The translations under genes were made by a program, and so were the position numbers. This document shows, in pieces, positions 31,004 to 32,000 of a stretch of DNA of 32,000 nucleotides (position 1 is its first letter; every line of letters starts with the position of its first letter). The notes under the pieces are model-generated. The model saw nothing but the letters and a program-made list of their open reading frames with translations, was not told where the DNA came from and did no database searches. The DNA lies in assembly GCA_964565945.1 (NCBI GenBank), contig CAZMGY010000024.1, positions 11,599 to 43,598 on the forward strand. The letters are read 5' to 3'. The DNA comes from an uncultured bacterium. GTDB lineage: Bacteria; GCA-001730085.

Positions 31004-32000
31004 TTACGCTGGCAATATATTATCACTCAAACTGCTTAAGTCTAATAGACCTGTTCCAATCCCTTCTAATGTGATCGTTAAATCTGCGCCACTTCCATCA
31101 CCGTTAGCATCCACCGTAATAGTTACATCCCCATTCACACCATTATCTGTTACACTCAAAAAATCAGACAAGGTATCGTCAGGAGTGTAATCTAATAGGT
31201 CTCTTAAATCCAATTGATCCGCTTCTGCCGTTGTTCCAATCGTGAAGTCTTCGATTGTGTCATTGCTACTAGTTGTCGCTGCATCACTCCAAGACTTATA
31301 AACAAAAGTATCACTGCCACCTCTGCCATAAACCAATTCATTGAGCGAAGACATGTTAATCGTATCATTACCCGTTGTACCAAAGGTAACCACTTCTTGA
31401 GTCGCACTATAGTTTAGCGTTGTTCCTTCATACACTATAGAATCACCACTGTCCATCAACACACTAAGAATAGAACCGTTAGTAGTTAACTGAGCATCAT
31501 TAATGGTTAGCACATTAGTCTCACCGTTTTGCATATGGATTAGCTCAATAGAGCTAAGTGTTACCGCAGTTGTATCTAAGTTAGAAGAAGACCCTGATAG
31601 AACCACTGCGTCATAAGCAGCCTTACCATCAATACTGGTTAAGCCAGACTCTCCTGCGTAAGTGAAGGTATTATTAACAGCAGAACCAACAAATGTACTT
31701 GGGTCTGTTGCAGTTGTACTGGCGTTGTTTATGTATACTAAAAACTCACTAACCATTCCTGCTTGATAAGCTGTACCACCATATCCAAAAGCTGCAAGGT
31801 GCCAAGTAGTGCCAAGACCTACATTTGAGCCTAAAAGATCACCATCAGCAGCCTTATTTTCACCATCAACAAAAATTCCTTGTTTTGCATCTATTTTGTT
31901 CTGAGCAGCCGTTCCAGCACCACTATGATTATAATTTGCTGTAAATACCAACTGCTGTACTTGATCTGCTGTTTGAACATTAGACACGTCTAAACGTGCT
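31004..32000 (-). CDS. Type I secretion system substrate (partial; N-terminus probably outside the window)
   Basis: The C-terminus GGSDTFVY...DTIEDFTIGTTAEADQLDLRDLL...DVTITVDANGDGSGADLTITLEGIG...LDLSSL matches the T1SS C-terminal target domain of the VC_A0849 type. The body is Thr/Ser/Gly/Asn-rich. The frame stays open upstream of the GTG at 31987 through to the window edge. Confidence 0.7.
   Translation of the reverse strand, partial: ARLDVSNVQTADQVQQLVFTANYNHSGAGTAAQNKIDAKQGIFVDGENKAADGDLLGSNVGLGTTWHLAAFGYGGTAYQAGMVSEFLVYINNASTTATDPSTFVGSAVNNTFTYAGESGLTSIDGKAAYDAVVLSGSSSNLDTTAVTLSSIELIHMQNGETNVLTINDAQLTTNGSILSVLMDSGDSIVYEGTTLNYSATQEVVTFGTTGNDTINMSSLNELVYGRGGSDTFVYKSWSDAATTSSNDTIEDFTIGTTAEADQLDLRDLLDYTPDDTLSDFLSVTDNGVNGDVTITVDANGDGSGADLTITLEGIGTGLLDLSSLSDNILPA

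Noticed and set aside
1-32000. A scan for CRISPR arrays, rRNA/tRNA genes, transposases, integrases, toxin-antitoxin pairs or known defence-system genes.
   Set aside because: I recognised none. The only repeats are the short elements reported above, and every ORF of 100 aa or more except four (the exported hypothetical, the PilZ-type protein, the 139-aa men-operon ORF and the 2-TM protein) has a housekeeping-type assignment.

Overview
Densely coding bacterial chromosomal window, roughly 40-45% GC by eye. I recognised no rRNA, tRNA, CRISPR array, IS or transposase.

Gene content, left to right:
- A membrane-anchored hexaheme c-type cytochrome and hemA on the minus strand.
- A divergent hemY-hemE-hemN heme operon on the plus strand.
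- A roughly 20 kb minus-strand run. It starts with a truncated dcw cluster (mraZ-rsmH-ftsL-ftsI-murE) that ends in a translationally coupled GT9 glycosyltransferase instead of murF.
- The run continues with mtnA-thiL, msrB, a PilZ-type protein, an exported hypothetical and pepA.
- It ends with a classical menaquinone operon: unknown 139-aa ORF, ubiE/menG, menF, then a 259-bp gap, then menD-menH-menB-menA-menC. menE and a DHNA-CoA thioesterase are not present.

The right-hand 4.5 kb looks most accessory:
- A tandemly duplicated extended -10 promoter unit sits upstream of an unusual single ORF that fuses a 4-TM DoxX domain to a cold-shock domain.
- Next come a small 2-TM protein, a convergently overlapping Hsp15-like gene, msrA, an SDR, an inverted-repeat element, and the C-terminal part of a type I secretion substrate that runs off the window.

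The most interesting candidate is the DoxX-CSD fusion with its duplicated promoter/hairpin leader, set in a small redox/stress neighbourhood.

Gene order (short hemA, hemY/E/N cluster, dcw cluster stopping at murE, classical men genes) resembles environmental Chlamydiota/PVC genomes. This taxonomic guess is inference only. All calls come from reading the translations and sequence by eye; no searches were run.
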